64,000 nucleotides of DNA, taken from NCBI GenBank assembly GCA_963731465.1, contig CAVSVK010000013.1, positions 246,897 to 310,896 of the forward strand. The letters run 5' to 3'. The notes beneath the pieces were generated by a model. It ran no database searches and had not been told where the DNA came from. It was given only the letters and a program-made list of their open reading frames with translations. Within the stretch, counting starts at the first letter, position 1; the number at the start of each line of letters is the position of its first letter. Shown piece by piece: positions 9,784-19,354 of the stretch. The position numbers and the translations under genes are program-made. The DNA is from an uncultured Gammaproteobacteria bacterium (GTDB taxonomy: Bacteria > Pseudomonadota > Gammaproteobacteria > Steroidobacterales > Steroidobacteraceae).

Positions 9784-10548
9784 TTATCCGCGGTCGGCGC
9801 GAACGCCCAGCGGCATGACCGGCGTTATCGGAGCGATCTTGCGGGGTTGGCGCGCAAAGTCGAACAATTCCTCCAGATCGCGCATCGCGGCGATTTCCTT
9901 CAATATCTCGCGAGTCGGATACATCAGCAGCAATTCCTTGCGGGCGTGCTCCGCCAGCGCTTCAGCGGCGGTACGCCACACCAACCGCGACATTTCGTTG
10001 CCCGCGAGACTCGCGATCTGGCGGGGCGGCACCCGCCCCAGGAAAAACCTCGTGTCGAAACGCACACTGCCCGGCGGCGTGATCCAATGGCTGAAAAATG
10101 CGAGTTGGTCCACCGCAAGCCGCCAGCCCTGCGCCCGGCAGGCTTCTGCGAACTTGAGCTCACCGGCCGAGATCTGCAGGCGCGTCGCGCGCAGGCGCGA
10201 CGGCTCCCACGTGGACAGGTCCGCGATCTCGCCGCGATCATCGTAGGCCAGCAGCAGCCCGCATTCCTCGAAAGCTTCGCGCACCGCCGCCACAAAAAAT
10301 CGCAGACCGTTGCACGGCAATTCCAATTGCACGCTGGCGAGAGCGTCGTCCAATCCGTTGCACAGGGCATAGGCCTCGGCGCTCTCATCGTCAAGATCGA
10401 GCGCGCCGCCGGCAAATACATAGGCGTTCGGCATGAAGCGCGCATGCTCGCCGCGCTTCAGCAACAATATCTCCGGTTGATCGCCGCGAGCGCGCACCAG
10501 GATCGTGGTTGCGGCAAGCCTCGGCGCGACGTCGTGCTGAACGGTCAT
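9784..10548 (-). CDS. Nudix hydrolase
   Basis: Nudix box region AAVREAFEECGLLL. Convergent with the ligase, 8 nt between the stop codons. Confidence 0.85.
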   Translation of the reverse strand: MTVQHDVAPRLAATTILVRARGDQPEILLLKRGEHARFMPNAYVFAGGALDLDDESAEAYALCNGLDDALASVQLELPCNGLRFFVAAVREAFEECGLLLAYDDRGEIADLSTWEPSRLRATRLQISAGELKFAEACRAQGWRLAVDQLAFFSHWITPPGSVRFDTRFFLGRVPPRQIASLAGNEMSRLVWRTAAEALAEHARKELLLMYPTREILKEIAAMRDLEELFDFARQPRKIAPITPVMPLGVRADRG

Positions 10549-10571
10549 TCAACACATATTAGCAGTGGATA

Positions 10572-11072
10572 TCAATTTGTAACGGCCGGCGCCCCAAGGA
10601 TATGAGTCAGCTGGTCGCGTTGGTCTTGCGTGTGAGAAAGCCACAGCGTTAGCTGGTCTTCGTTTATGCAGTGCTCGGAAGTGAAACGCGAGCCAATGGG
10701 GGCCTCGGTCTTACAGAAGTGCGTCTTTCCATTTGCAATCTTGATCGTGAACCCCGCATTCCGAGCCGACCTGAGAATGTCGGCGGACGGGCCGCCATTC
10801 ACGTGAATCGTGGGCAGCGACTGCGAGCCGCTTGCCGCCGCCTTCGAGTCGTTTGCTGTGGGCTGCGGGCTGCTCGCCGGCTGCTGCGAACTGGAGGTTG
10901 ACGAATTATCAGATGGCGCGGTTTTCGCAGGCGGCGGCTGGGCCGGCGGTTGTGATTGTGCGGGTTTCGCCGCAGCGGCGTCCTCGGCGCCCGGTTGCTG
11001 CGCGCCAACGGAACCGGCAACCGCGAAGGAAGCCAGGATGAAAAATATTGCACTCAGCGACCTATGCGACAT
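10572..11072 (-). CDS. Secreted hypothetical protein with P/Q/A/S-rich linker
   Basis: Start moved to the internal ATG giving signal peptide MSHRSLSAIFFILASFAVAGSVGAQQ. Low-complexity middle and a small Cys-containing C-terminal domain. Confidence 0.5.
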   Translation of the reverse strand: MSHRSLSAIFFILASFAVAGSVGAQQPGAEDAAAAKPAQSQPPAQPPPAKTAPSDNSSTSSSQQPASSPQPTANDSKAAASGSQSLPTIHVNGGPSADILRSARNAGFTIKIANGKTHFCKTEAPIGSRFTSEHCINEDQLTLWLSHTQDQRDQLTHILGAPAVTN

Positions 11073-11242
11073 ATTTTTTTGCCCCGTCGATCTGGCCGAT
11101 GCCAGCGTTGAAAATTGATTAATGAATCGTATCACGCCGGCCAAATCCGGCGCGAGAAGGGATTCCAGCGCCGGTGCGGCATGGGCACGATTTGCCATGT
11201 TTGCGCCTGCCCGCGGCCACATTGCACCCCTATCGTGGGCCC

Positions 11243-12025
11243 ATGCGGGATGCAGCACTCGAATTTCTGGCCTTCGGCCTAAAACAAGCACGTGCCTGCA
11301 CTTTCGTCGGCCTGTTTTTCGCAGCGGTGTTTTTAATGCCGCGCGCCGGAGCGCTCGGCATCCCGCGCTACGACCTGCTGCTGCTCTACGCCATCGTTGT
11401 TCAGGCAGGAATGCTCCTATGCAAGCTCGAGACTTTCGATGAACTCAAGGCAATCTGCTTGTTCCACGCAGTGGGATTTTGGCTCGAGGTCTTCAAGACC
11501 TCGCACGCCGTCGCATCCTGGAGCTATCCGGACCCCGGCTACACCAAGCTCTTTGGCGTACCGGTATTTTCCGGCTTCATGTATGCGGCGGTTGGCAGTT
11601 ACGTGATTCAGGCCTGGCGGCTGTTTGATCTTCGCGTCCGCCATCATCCGCCCTATTGGATGGCGTGGCTCATCGCGCTCGCCATTTACGCCAACTTCTT
11701 TACGCATCACTACATTGGCGATTTTCGCTGGTATATCGTCGCATGCGCATTGGGACTGTACGCGAGAAGCACCGTCACCTACGTTCCCCTGTACCATAGA
11801 CGCAGCATGCCCCTGCTGTTGTCGTTCGTGCTCATCGGTTTCTTCATCTGGCTGGCGGAAAACATCAGCACCTTCTTCGGTGTCTGGCGATATCCGAATC
11901 AGATCGGCGCATGGGCCACCGTTCACATCGGCAAATGGAGCTCGTGGTCAATGCTGGTCATCATGACCTTCACCATCGTCGCCAATCTAAAGCACATCAA
12001 GGCGCACATACACGTCCCGGAATAG
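11243..12025 (+). CDS. Polytopic membrane protein (DUF817-like)
   Basis: Multiple hydrophobic helices. Start at MRDAALEFLAFGLKQ. Family assignment is from memory only. Confidence 0.55.
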   Translation: MRDAALEFLAFGLKQARACTFVGLFFAAVFLMPRAGALGIPRYDLLLLYAIVVQAGMLLCKLETFDELKAICLFHAVGFWLEVFKTSHAVASWSYPDPGYTKLFGVPVFSGFMYAAVGSYVIQAWRLFDLRVRHHPPYWMAWLIALAIYANFFTHHYIGDFRWYIVACALGLYARSTVTYVPLYHRRSMPLLLSFVLIGFFIWLAENISTFFGVWRYPNQIGAWATVHIGKWSSWSMLVIMTFTIVANLKHIKAHIHVPE

Positions 12026-12122
12026 ATTGTGAACCGGAACAGATCCGGCCTGTCCATCCTTGCAGGGGGCTTTACCGGGAGCGCAGCCGTTGTATTGGCG
12101 CGAAGAACGCGAAAAGTTGCGC

Positions 12123-12740
12123 ATGACGGCCTTTTTTGCCGTCTTGATGCTTCATGCAGTCCTCGGTACGATCTTGATGAGGTCATCCTCTACGCTGTTG
12201 TCTGCGCGCATGACTCCCGACTCATTCTTCATCTCTTTCCTGCCGCCAGTCGAACAGCGCGAGCCCGCCGGCCACGTTCCGCCCAGCAAGGCGAATGCAA
12301 ACGAGAGTGCCGTGCCGAAGCCCCGCGGCACCGGCGAGATGCCCAGGGGGGCGAGTGCACCGCAGACCCCGCCCGACTCGCAAACGGAAATCACGCCAAT
12401 CCCGCCGGTCGACTGGGCGCACGAGGCAGATATGGCGGTTCGCAGCAGCATGGACCATGCGATGCGCGAAAAGCTCTACCGTAATCTGGCGGGACTATCG
12501 GGCGCGCAACTGGATTGGATTCAGAAGAATCACATGGAACCCGTCGATACCAATCCGCCCTGGGCTGAGACCGCTCCACGGAACAACGCGGATGGCGTCG
12601 TATGGATCAGCGACAACTGCGCACTCGTTGATTTGCTGCCCGTCTGCCGAATCAAGATCGGCCGTAGGAAACCGCGCGGCGATCTATTCAAGAACATGCG
12701 GCCGTATCTTGATCAGCGCGAGACGGACCCTTTGCCGTGA
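12123..12740 (+). CDS. Hypothetical membrane-anchored protein
   Basis: N-terminal TM MTAFFAVLMLHAVLGTILM, Pro-rich linker, C-terminal globular part. No recognised motif. Confidence 0.45.
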   Translation: MTAFFAVLMLHAVLGTILMRSSSTLLSARMTPDSFFISFLPPVEQREPAGHVPPSKANANESAVPKPRGTGEMPRGASAPQTPPDSQTEITPIPPVDWAHEADMAVRSSMDHAMREKLYRNLAGLSGAQLDWIQKNHMEPVDTNPPWAETAPRNNADGVVWISDNCALVDLLPVCRIKIGRRKPRGDLFKNMRPYLDQRETDPLP

Positions 12741-12749
12741 GGCGCAATT

Positions 12750-13487
12750 TTATTTCAGCACAGCACCAAACAGCGTGAAAAGACGCTCCCAGTGGCGCTC
12801 GGCCGCCGGCTTGTCGTACGCGGGCCGGGATGGAAAGGCGAATCCATGCGCAGTGCCGGGATAGATTTCGACTTCCGCGTTGCCGCCCTTGGCGGCGATT
12901 TCGGCACGCAAGCGATCGATCATCTCCGGAGGCGCATAAGCATCGTTTTCCGCGCAGCCAAAATATAGGCGGGCGTCGGTGCGCTGCGGGGCCAAATGCG
13001 GGCTGTCGGGCCTGTCGCTCACCAGCGCCACGCCGTAAATCGACGCCGCGGCGCGAATACGCTGCCTGTGCCGCACGGCCGCGTTCATGGCGTATTGGCC
13101 GCTCATGCAGTAGCCGACGCAGCCGATCGGGCCGCGCGACGCGGCCTGATCCTGCGCGGCAAATGCCAGCAGCGCATCGGCATCCTGCATCACCATCGGA
13201 ATGTTGATGGTCGTCATGAGCTGCAGCGCCTTCTGGCGTGTGGCGAGGTTCGCCTCGCCCACGACCGAGCCGAGCTCTTCGACATTGGAGCGGTAGTACA
13301 AATTTGGCAGCATGACGTAGTAGCCCACGGTGCCGAGGCGGCGCGCCATATCGCGCAATTCCTCGCGAATGCCCGGCGCGTCCATGAAAAAGATGATCGG
13401 CGGATGCGGCGCATCGCGCTCGGGATGGCAAATGAAGGTATTCATGCGCCCGTCCGGCGTGGCAATCTCTGTCTGCCGCTCGATCAT
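12750..13487 (-). CDS. Dienelactone hydrolase family protein
   Basis: Nucleophile motif GYCMSG (Cys type) and HGF near the C-terminus. Start at MIERQTEIATPDG. Confidence 0.85.
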   Translation of the reverse strand: MIERQTEIATPDGRMNTFICHPERDAPHPPIIFFMDAPGIREELRDMARRLGTVGYYVMLPNLYYRSNVEELGSVVGEANLATRQKALQLMTTINIPMVMQDADALLAFAAQDQAASRGPIGCVGYCMSGQYAMNAAVRHRQRIRAAASIYGVALVSDRPDSPHLAPQRTDARLYFGCAENDAYAPPEMIDRLRAEIAAKGGNAEVEIYPGTAHGFAFPSRPAYDKPAAERHWERLFTLFGAVLK

Positions 13488-13492
13488 GAGCG

Positions 13493-14518
13493 TTACTCCT
13501 GCGCTCCGGCGCCGACCGCGACCCATGCCAGATCGCGATTCGAGACCGATTCCACTTTGAAATTTTTCGCCGCCGCGGACATGCGCGTCAGCGCCTGTGC
13601 GAGCGGCATCGGCGGCTTGGTGTCGCCTTTCTTGGCTTTGTGAAAGCGCACGGGATTGATGCGGGCGACGACATAGTTGCGCAGGTAGGGGGATTTGAAG
13701 CCCCGTGCCTGCAGAGTTTCGATCAGCTTTTTGGCGCGCGCATCGATATCCAGCAGCCGCGCTGCGTGGCCTTCGCGTTCGCGCAGGCTCGCCGCCAACG
13801 TGCGCTCACTGAACCGGTCCACTTTCTTGAGAAACGAGCTGTAGGCGCCCCCGGCAAAGCGCGATGATTTCTCGTACACAATGCCGAGCGTCAAAAGTTC
13901 GGCGGCCTCGAATTCCTTGGTGAACTGCGATTCCTTCGCGCTGCCGCGACGTTTGGCGAGACTGCGCGCCATGCGAATGACTTCGAGGCTGCGATCGCGC
14001 AGGTTGTGCGCCTTTTCGGTATTGAGGGCCAGAATGCGGTAGGCCAGCGTCTCGTCCGGCGAGATCAGGGCGGTGATCTGCTTGAGGCCCAGAACTTTTC
14101 CGGCGGCCAGTCGATGGCGGCCGTTCGGCGTCCATAAGCGGCCGTCCTCCCCGCGCACCACGATCAGCGGATCGAGAAAGGCCGCTGTCTCGTCGATCTT
14201 GAGCGCGAGGCGTTTGGCGTGTGTCGGGGACAGGTCGCGTTGAAAGGGCGTTGGCTGCAGCGCGGCAAGCGGCAGGGACGCCAGCAGCAATGCACGTCCG
14301 CCCAGAGGATCCCGATAAGCGCCGATCGGTGCGCCGCCTGCGCTGCGCACCAACGCGACCACCTCCGCGATCTCTGCGCTATCCAGAGCGATGGCCACTT
14401 CGGCGGCCTCCAGGCCGCGCGCCGTGCTGCCCGGCGCCAGCTTGCCGCGGCCTCGCTTGGTCGCCGCACGGGTGGATCCTTTACGGGGGGTCTTGGATTT
14501 TGCTTTTGCAGTTGCCAT
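13493..14518 (-). CDS. Stand-alone ParB/Srx-fold (ParB N-terminal domain-like) protein with basic N-terminal tail
   Basis: LQPTPFQRDLS...LDPLIVV...LWTPNGRHRLAAGKVLG resembles the ParB/Srx Arg-finger region (compare ParB GERRxRA and DndB DGQHR). Lys/Arg-rich first 35 aa. Confidence 0.6.
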   Translation of the reverse strand: MATAKAKSKTPRKGSTRAATKRGRGKLAPGSTARGLEAAEVAIALDSAEIAEVVALVRSAGGAPIGAYRDPLGGRALLLASLPLAALQPTPFQRDLSPTHAKRLALKIDETAAFLDPLIVVRGEDGRLWTPNGRHRLAAGKVLGLKQITALISPDETLAYRILALNTEKAHNLRDRSLEVIRMARSLAKRRGSAKESQFTKEFEAAELLTLGIVYEKSSRFAGGAYSSFLKKVDRFSERTLAASLREREGHAARLLDIDARAKKLIETLQARGFKSPYLRNYVVARINPVRFHKAKKGDTKPPMPLAQALTRMSAAAKNFKVESVSNRDLAWVAVGAGAQE

Positions 14519-14568
14519 ATAACGTCATTCTCCTGTTACGGGCGCCGCGTAAAGCTTGCCGGCGCGCA

Positions 14569-15834
14569 TCACGGCGATTTCGGATTGTGATCCACCTGGG
14601 TGATGAGGCAGGCGCTGCGGTTGCCGGTCAGGTAGATCCACAGCCAGCTGGTTGCCACCGCAAACCGGTTGCGCAATCCGATCAAGAAATAGATGTGCGC
14701 CAGCCCCCACACCCACCATGCCACCCAACCCTTGAGCCGGCACCAACCGAAATCAATAACCGCGGAGCGCTTGCCGATGGTCGCAAGATCTCCTGCGTGC
14801 CGATAGCGAAACGGCGACGTTGAATCTCCGGCCAACCGCTGTCGAATGGTTCGAGCGACGTAGGCTCCTTGCTGTTTGGCCGCGGGCGCGATCCCCGGAG
14901 CGGGTTTACCGTTCCAGACATTGATGGTGGCGGTGTCGCCGATGACGAAAATTTCCGGATGTCCCGGTACGGTAAGATCCGGCTCGACCTTTACGCGGCC
15001 GGCGGAGTCCGCCGGCACGCCGAGCCAGGCGGCCGCCTGCGACGCGCGCACCCCGGCGGCCCAAAGCACCACGTCGGCCGCGACGATTTTTTCGCCGATC
15101 CTCACGCCGCTTGCATTGCAATCGGTCACGGGGGAACCCAGCCGCACCTCAACCCCCAAGCGGGCGAGGGCCTTCAGTGCATAGGCGGATAAGTTGGGTG
15201 CAAAAGCCGGCAGCAGCCGCGGACCCGCCTCGATCAACAGCACCCGCGCCTGTCGCGTGTCGAAGCGGCGAAATTCGCCGCGGAGATTTTGATACACCAG
15301 TTCGACAATGGCCCCCGCCAATTCCACGCCGGTCGGTCCACCGCCCACGATCACGAAAGTGAGCAGCGCAGAGCGGCGCCGAGCATCGGTTTCCAGCTCG
15401 GCCCGCTCCAGCGCCAACAGTACCCTGCGGCGAATCGACGTTGCGTCTTCCAGTGTCTTGAGTCCGGGCGCGAAGGGTTCCCAATCGTCGTGGCCAAAAT
15501 AGGCATGGCGGGCACCTGTGGCGAGAACCAGGGTGTCAAAGCTCACTGTGCCGCCATCTTGCAACATGACGCGGTGATTTTTAGGATCCACCCCGGTGAC
15601 CGTACCCAGCAGCGTGGTCACTTCCTCGCGTTTGCGCATCAAAAAGCGGATCGGCCAGGCGATTTCCGAGGTCGCGAGCGCCGCCGTGCCCACTTGGTAG
15701 AGCAGCGGCTGGAACAGGTGGTGATTGCGCTGATCGATGATGGTGATGCCCACCGCGGCGCCGCTCAGCCTCTGCGCGGCGGTGAGGCCGCCGAACCCGG
15801 CGCCCACAATGACGACATGATGCAGGCTGGGCAT
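14569..15834 (-). CDS. ndh: Type II NADH:quinone oxidoreductase (NDH-2)
   Basis: HHVVIVGAGFGGL dinucleotide fold, second GGGPTGVELAG fold, C-terminal membrane-anchoring helices. Confidence 0.9.
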   Translation of the reverse strand: MPSLHHVVIVGAGFGGLTAAQRLSGAAVGITIIDQRNHHLFQPLLYQVGTAALATSEIAWPIRFLMRKREEVTTLLGTVTGVDPKNHRVMLQDGGTVSFDTLVLATGARHAYFGHDDWEPFAPGLKTLEDATSIRRRVLLALERAELETDARRRSALLTFVIVGGGPTGVELAGAIVELVYQNLRGEFRRFDTRQARVLLIEAGPRLLPAFAPNLSAYALKALARLGVEVRLGSPVTDCNASGVRIGEKIVAADVVLWAAGVRASQAAAWLGVPADSAGRVKVEPDLTVPGHPEIFVIGDTATINVWNGKPAPGIAPAAKQQGAYVARTIRQRLAGDSTSPFRYRHAGDLATIGKRSAVIDFGWCRLKGWVAWWVWGLAHIYFLIGLRNRFAVATSWLWIYLTGNRSACLITQVDHNPKSP

Positions 15835-15841
15835 CGGATGG

Positions 15842-16336
15842 CTACAGCGTGGCCAGCACCAGTTGCGCCAGGGAATTTTCAAACGTCCGGGTCATTTCCG
15901 GCGAAAAACCAAACACCTTTACTTGAAATGCAAAAGCGCCTTTCTTGACGTTCAACCCCAAACCAAATCCGGGCGTGCCGATGTAATAGGCATCATCACC
16001 GACGGCGCCGACCGGAGTCTTTTCGATGCCTTGAATGGGCATTTTGCCGTTCTCGAAACGCTCGACCGGACTGATCCTGCCCACGGCGCGATAAATCGTG
16101 AGCAAGACATGTTTGCCGCTATGACTTGGATCATCGGGCTCGCCCCAACCGCACAACGCGCTGCTCGGGCCGATATGCCGCCCCGCGTCGACGGCGACGC
16201 CGAGGACCGCGCTGATCTTTTTCTGACTCAAGAAGGAACAGGCATCGCGGGCTTGCCGTCCTGCGGCGCTCGCAAGGCTGCTGAGAAGCGCAAAAACCAT
16301 CCCGCAGATGATGGATCTGACCGCTTGATTGCGCAT
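15842..16336 (-). CDS. Secreted hypothetical protein
   Basis: Signal peptide MRNQAVRSIICGMVFALLSSLASAAG. No recognised catalytic motif. Confidence 0.5.
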   Translation of the reverse strand: MRNQAVRSIICGMVFALLSSLASAAGRQARDACSFLSQKKISAVLGVAVDAGRHIGPSSALCGWGEPDDPSHSGKHVLLTIYRAVGRISPVERFENGKMPIQGIEKTPVGAVGDDAYYIGTPGFGLGLNVKKGAFAFQVKVFGFSPEMTRTFENSLAQLVLATL

Positions 16337-16406
16337 GGAGGACTCCGGCCAAACGTGCTGCGAGCTTAACGCATGCCGTGACCTTCGATCCATTTATACT
16401 GGTGCC

Positions 16407-17834
16407 ATGAGTACCCGTTGCCTGCGCATCCTGTTGTTGACGGTCCTGTTCTGGCCGACGGTTCATGCGGCGGAAGAGGAGCGGAGAATCGTGCTTGCCG
16501 CTTGCCGGCTCGCCGACGTTGCGCGCCCGGCGCGCTGCGGCACGCTCAGCGTGCCGGAGGATCCCGACAAGCGCGGCGGCCGGCGCCTCTCGATAGGCGT
16601 GGCCGTCATTCCTGCCGCGCATACGCCGGCGCTCAGCGATCCCATCGTCGTCCTGCAGGGAGGTCCCGGCGAGGATGCCATCGGCTCGGCCGGATTCTTC
16701 GCGGCGCGCTTCGAGCCGCTGCTCGAGGATCGCGACCTGTTGCTGGTCGATCAACGAGGCACGGGCAAATCCGGCGCTCTGCCCTGCAGGCTGTATTCGG
16801 CGGGCGATCCCGCCGCGAGCTTGCGCGATGTCTTCCCGGTTGCGGCGGTGAAGCGCTGTGCGCAACGGCTCAAGGCGCGTGCCGACCTCACACAGTACAC
16901 CTACGATCGATTCGCCAGCGATCTTGAGCAGGTGCGGCGCGGACTCGGCTACGGCGCGTTGAATCTTTACGCAGGTTCTTACGGGACGCGGGCCGCGCAG
17001 GTGTTCATACGCAGCTTTCCAGCCAGAGTACGGACTGCGTATCTGGGCAGCCCCGTTCCCCTCGATGCTGCGAATCCGCTGTCGTTCGCAAAGACCGGCG
17101 AAGCAGCAATCGAAATGCTCTTCAGTTCTTGCTTCGCCGACGCCGCATGCCGCTCGAGCTACCCGAAGCTGCGTGATGAATTCCGCGCCATCACTCTCAA
17201 GCTCGATTCAGGCGCGGTGCGCGTTTCGATACCCGCGCGTGCGGGGAACGCGACGCTTGATCGTGGCCGGGCGGCGGAGTGGATGCGCTTGAGACTCTAT
17301 CGACCCAAGAGCGCGGCTCTGCTGCCGTGGATGATTCATCGAGCCTATGCGGGAGACTGGAGTCCGATAGTCAAAGATTTGCTCGCGGATGCGCATGATG
17401 CCGACTCCTCTTTAAGCTTTGGGCTGTTCTTTTCCATCACCTGCGGCGAAGACGTCGCATTCGTGCGCGAGCAGGATATCGCGCCGGCAACACAGGGCAC
17501 ATTTCTCGGCGACTATCGCGTCAGGCAACAACAGGCCGCGTGCAAAGAATGGCCGATCCGAACGCTGCCCAAGGATTACCGCGCAGCGGTAGCATCCGCC
17601 GTGCCGACATTGTTTGTATCGGGCGACGCGGACGGCGGCACGCCACTGGCGTTCGCCGATCGCGTGGCGGCCGGATTCTCCAATCGCGTCCAAGTCATCG
17701 TCAAGGGCCAGGGTCATACCGAGTGGAGCGACTGCCTTGCGCGCCTGTACCAGGAATTGGTGCGCGGCGGCTCAGTGAATGGACTCGATCCTTCATGTCC
17801 AGACGTGCCGCGACCACCGTTCAAGCTGAACTAA
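16407..17834 (+). CDS. Secreted alpha/beta hydrolase (S33 / TAP-like aminopeptidase family)
   Basis: Signal peptide, VVLQGGPGE, DQRGTGKS, nucleophile elbow AGSYGT, C-terminal HTEW. Confidence 0.8.
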   Translation: MSTRCLRILLLTVLFWPTVHAAEEERRIVLAACRLADVARPARCGTLSVPEDPDKRGGRRLSIGVAVIPAAHTPALSDPIVVLQGGPGEDAIGSAGFFAARFEPLLEDRDLLLVDQRGTGKSGALPCRLYSAGDPAASLRDVFPVAAVKRCAQRLKARADLTQYTYDRFASDLEQVRRGLGYGALNLYAGSYGTRAAQVFIRSFPARVRTAYLGSPVPLDAANPLSFAKTGEAAIEMLFSSCFADAACRSSYPKLRDEFRAITLKLDSGAVRVSIPARAGNATLDRGRAAEWMRLRLYRPKSAALLPWMIHRAYAGDWSPIVKDLLADAHDADSSLSFGLFFSITCGEDVAFVREQDIAPATQGTFLGDYRVRQQQAACKEWPIRTLPKDYRAAVASAVPTLFVSGDADGGTPLAFADRVAAGFSNRVQVIVKGQGHTEWSDCLARLYQELVRGGSVNGLDPSCPDVPRPPFKLN

Positions 17835-17845
17835 GGGAGATTCTC

Positions 17846-18610
17846 ATGAGCGTGTCGGCCGCAAGAGTTGATCGAGTCGCGATCATTCGCATGATGCGTC
17901 CGGAACGGCGCAACGCCGTGGATGCAGCGACGGCACAAGATCTCGCCGCTGCCTTTCGAAGTTTTGACGCCGATGCCGGCCTGGATGTCGCGGTGTTCAC
18001 CGGCGCCGCCGATGTCTTTTGCGCCGGCGCTGATCTTAAGGCGCTCGCCTTGGGCGACCGAGTTACGCTCAACGCCGGCGGTGATTCGCCCATGGGTCCG
18101 CCGCGGCTGCGCCTCTCCAAACCCGTCATCGCCGCCATCGAGGGTCCGGCGGTCGCCGGCGGTCTGGAACTCGCGCTGTGGTGCGACCTGAGGATTGCCG
18201 GCGAAAGCGCGATCTTTGGGGTCTTTAACCGCCGCTTCGGGATTCCATTGGTGGATCTGGGCACCATCCGCCTGCCGCAAATCATCGGTCACGGCCGGGC
18301 AATGGATCTCATCTTGACGGGACGCTCGGTGGATGCCGCCGAGGCGCTGGCCATGGGCTTGATCAACCGCTGTGTCCGTGACGGCGAGGCGCTCACGACT
18401 GCCATTGATATTGCGCAGAAACTCTCGAGCTTGCCGCAAACCGCGATGCGCCAGGATCGGCTCTCCGCCATCGAGCAGTGGGGCCTCCGCCACGAGGAGG
18501 CGATCGCGAATGAAATTTCGCATGGACAAGCCACGATTGCATCGGGTGAAACCGCCTTGGGGGCGCAGAGTTTTGGCAGCGGCGCCGGCAGGCACGGCAA
18601 GGATCTGTGA
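17846..18610 (+). CDS. Enoyl-CoA hydratase/isomerase (crotonase) family protein
   Basis: RPERRNAVD...FCAGADLK...IAAIEGPAVAGGLELALWCD crotonase signature. Confidence 0.9.
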   Translation: MSVSAARVDRVAIIRMMRPERRNAVDAATAQDLAAAFRSFDADAGLDVAVFTGAADVFCAGADLKALALGDRVTLNAGGDSPMGPPRLRLSKPVIAAIEGPAVAGGLELALWCDLRIAGESAIFGVFNRRFGIPLVDLGTIRLPQIIGHGRAMDLILTGRSVDAAEALAMGLINRCVRDGEALTTAIDIAQKLSSLPQTAMRQDRLSAIEQWGLRHEEAIANEISHGQATIASGETALGAQSFGSGAGRHGKDL

Positions 18611-18633
18611 TCCCGCGTTACCGTCGCTTCGGT

Positions 18634-19269
18634 TTACAGCAGCCAGGAAATCGCGCGGGTCGACCCTTTGGGAAGCGATGCCCGAAATGCCGGTCGCGCC
18701 CGCAAATGCTCGAGATAACGGGCGACGCTTGGAAATTTCGCCAGTTCAATGAGCCGGTCGGCGAGATGCAAGCTATAGCCGACGCCGATGTCCGCCGCGC
18801 TGAATCCTGAGCGCAACAAATGCTCCTGGCCGCTCAGCGGCAGCTCGAGCACCTGCACCGCTTTCTCCAGCCTGCGGCCCTCCAATTTGGCAATCACCGC
18901 CGAGCGATCGGACGGAGCGATGAAAAATCGCTGTTGTACGAGCGCGGCCGCATGCACCGCCATGGTTTCACTGTAATGGATCCATTGCAGCCACTCGTAC
19001 CGCTCCGAGTCCCGCTCGAGCCTGCCCAAGCCGCTGTCAGGATGGCGCTCGCACAAGTACTCGGCAATGGCGCCGGATTCGAACAGGCGAAAATCGCCAT
19101 CCACCAAGCACGGCACGCGTCCGAGCGGGTGCACCGTCAAATAATCCGCCGACCTCATGACCGACAGGTCGAAAGGCATTTCGATCAGTTCGAAGGGGAC
19201 TTGCAATTCATTCAGCAGCCACAGCGAGCGCATGGAGCGCGTCTCGGCGCAGTGATATAGCTTCAACAC
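18634..19269 (-). CDS. Glutathione S-transferase
   Basis: N-terminal thioredoxin-like GST motif (LGRVPCLVDGDFRLFESGAI). Confidence 0.9.
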   Translation of the reverse strand: MLKLYHCAETRSMRSLWLLNELQVPFELIEMPFDLSVMRSADYLTVHPLGRVPCLVDGDFRLFESGAIAEYLCERHPDSGLGRLERDSERYEWLQWIHYSETMAVHAAALVQQRFFIAPSDRSAVIAKLEGRRLEKAVQVLELPLSGQEHLLRSGFSAADIGVGYSLHLADRLIELAKFPSVARYLEHLRARPAFRASLPKGSTRAISWLL

Positions 19270-19354
19270 ATCGCGTCTCTATGTGAGTTGTTTAGGGAAA
19301 GCTCCAGGCACAGCGACTATACTTAGGTCAGGCCCGCCAAGAGGTAAAGAAATC

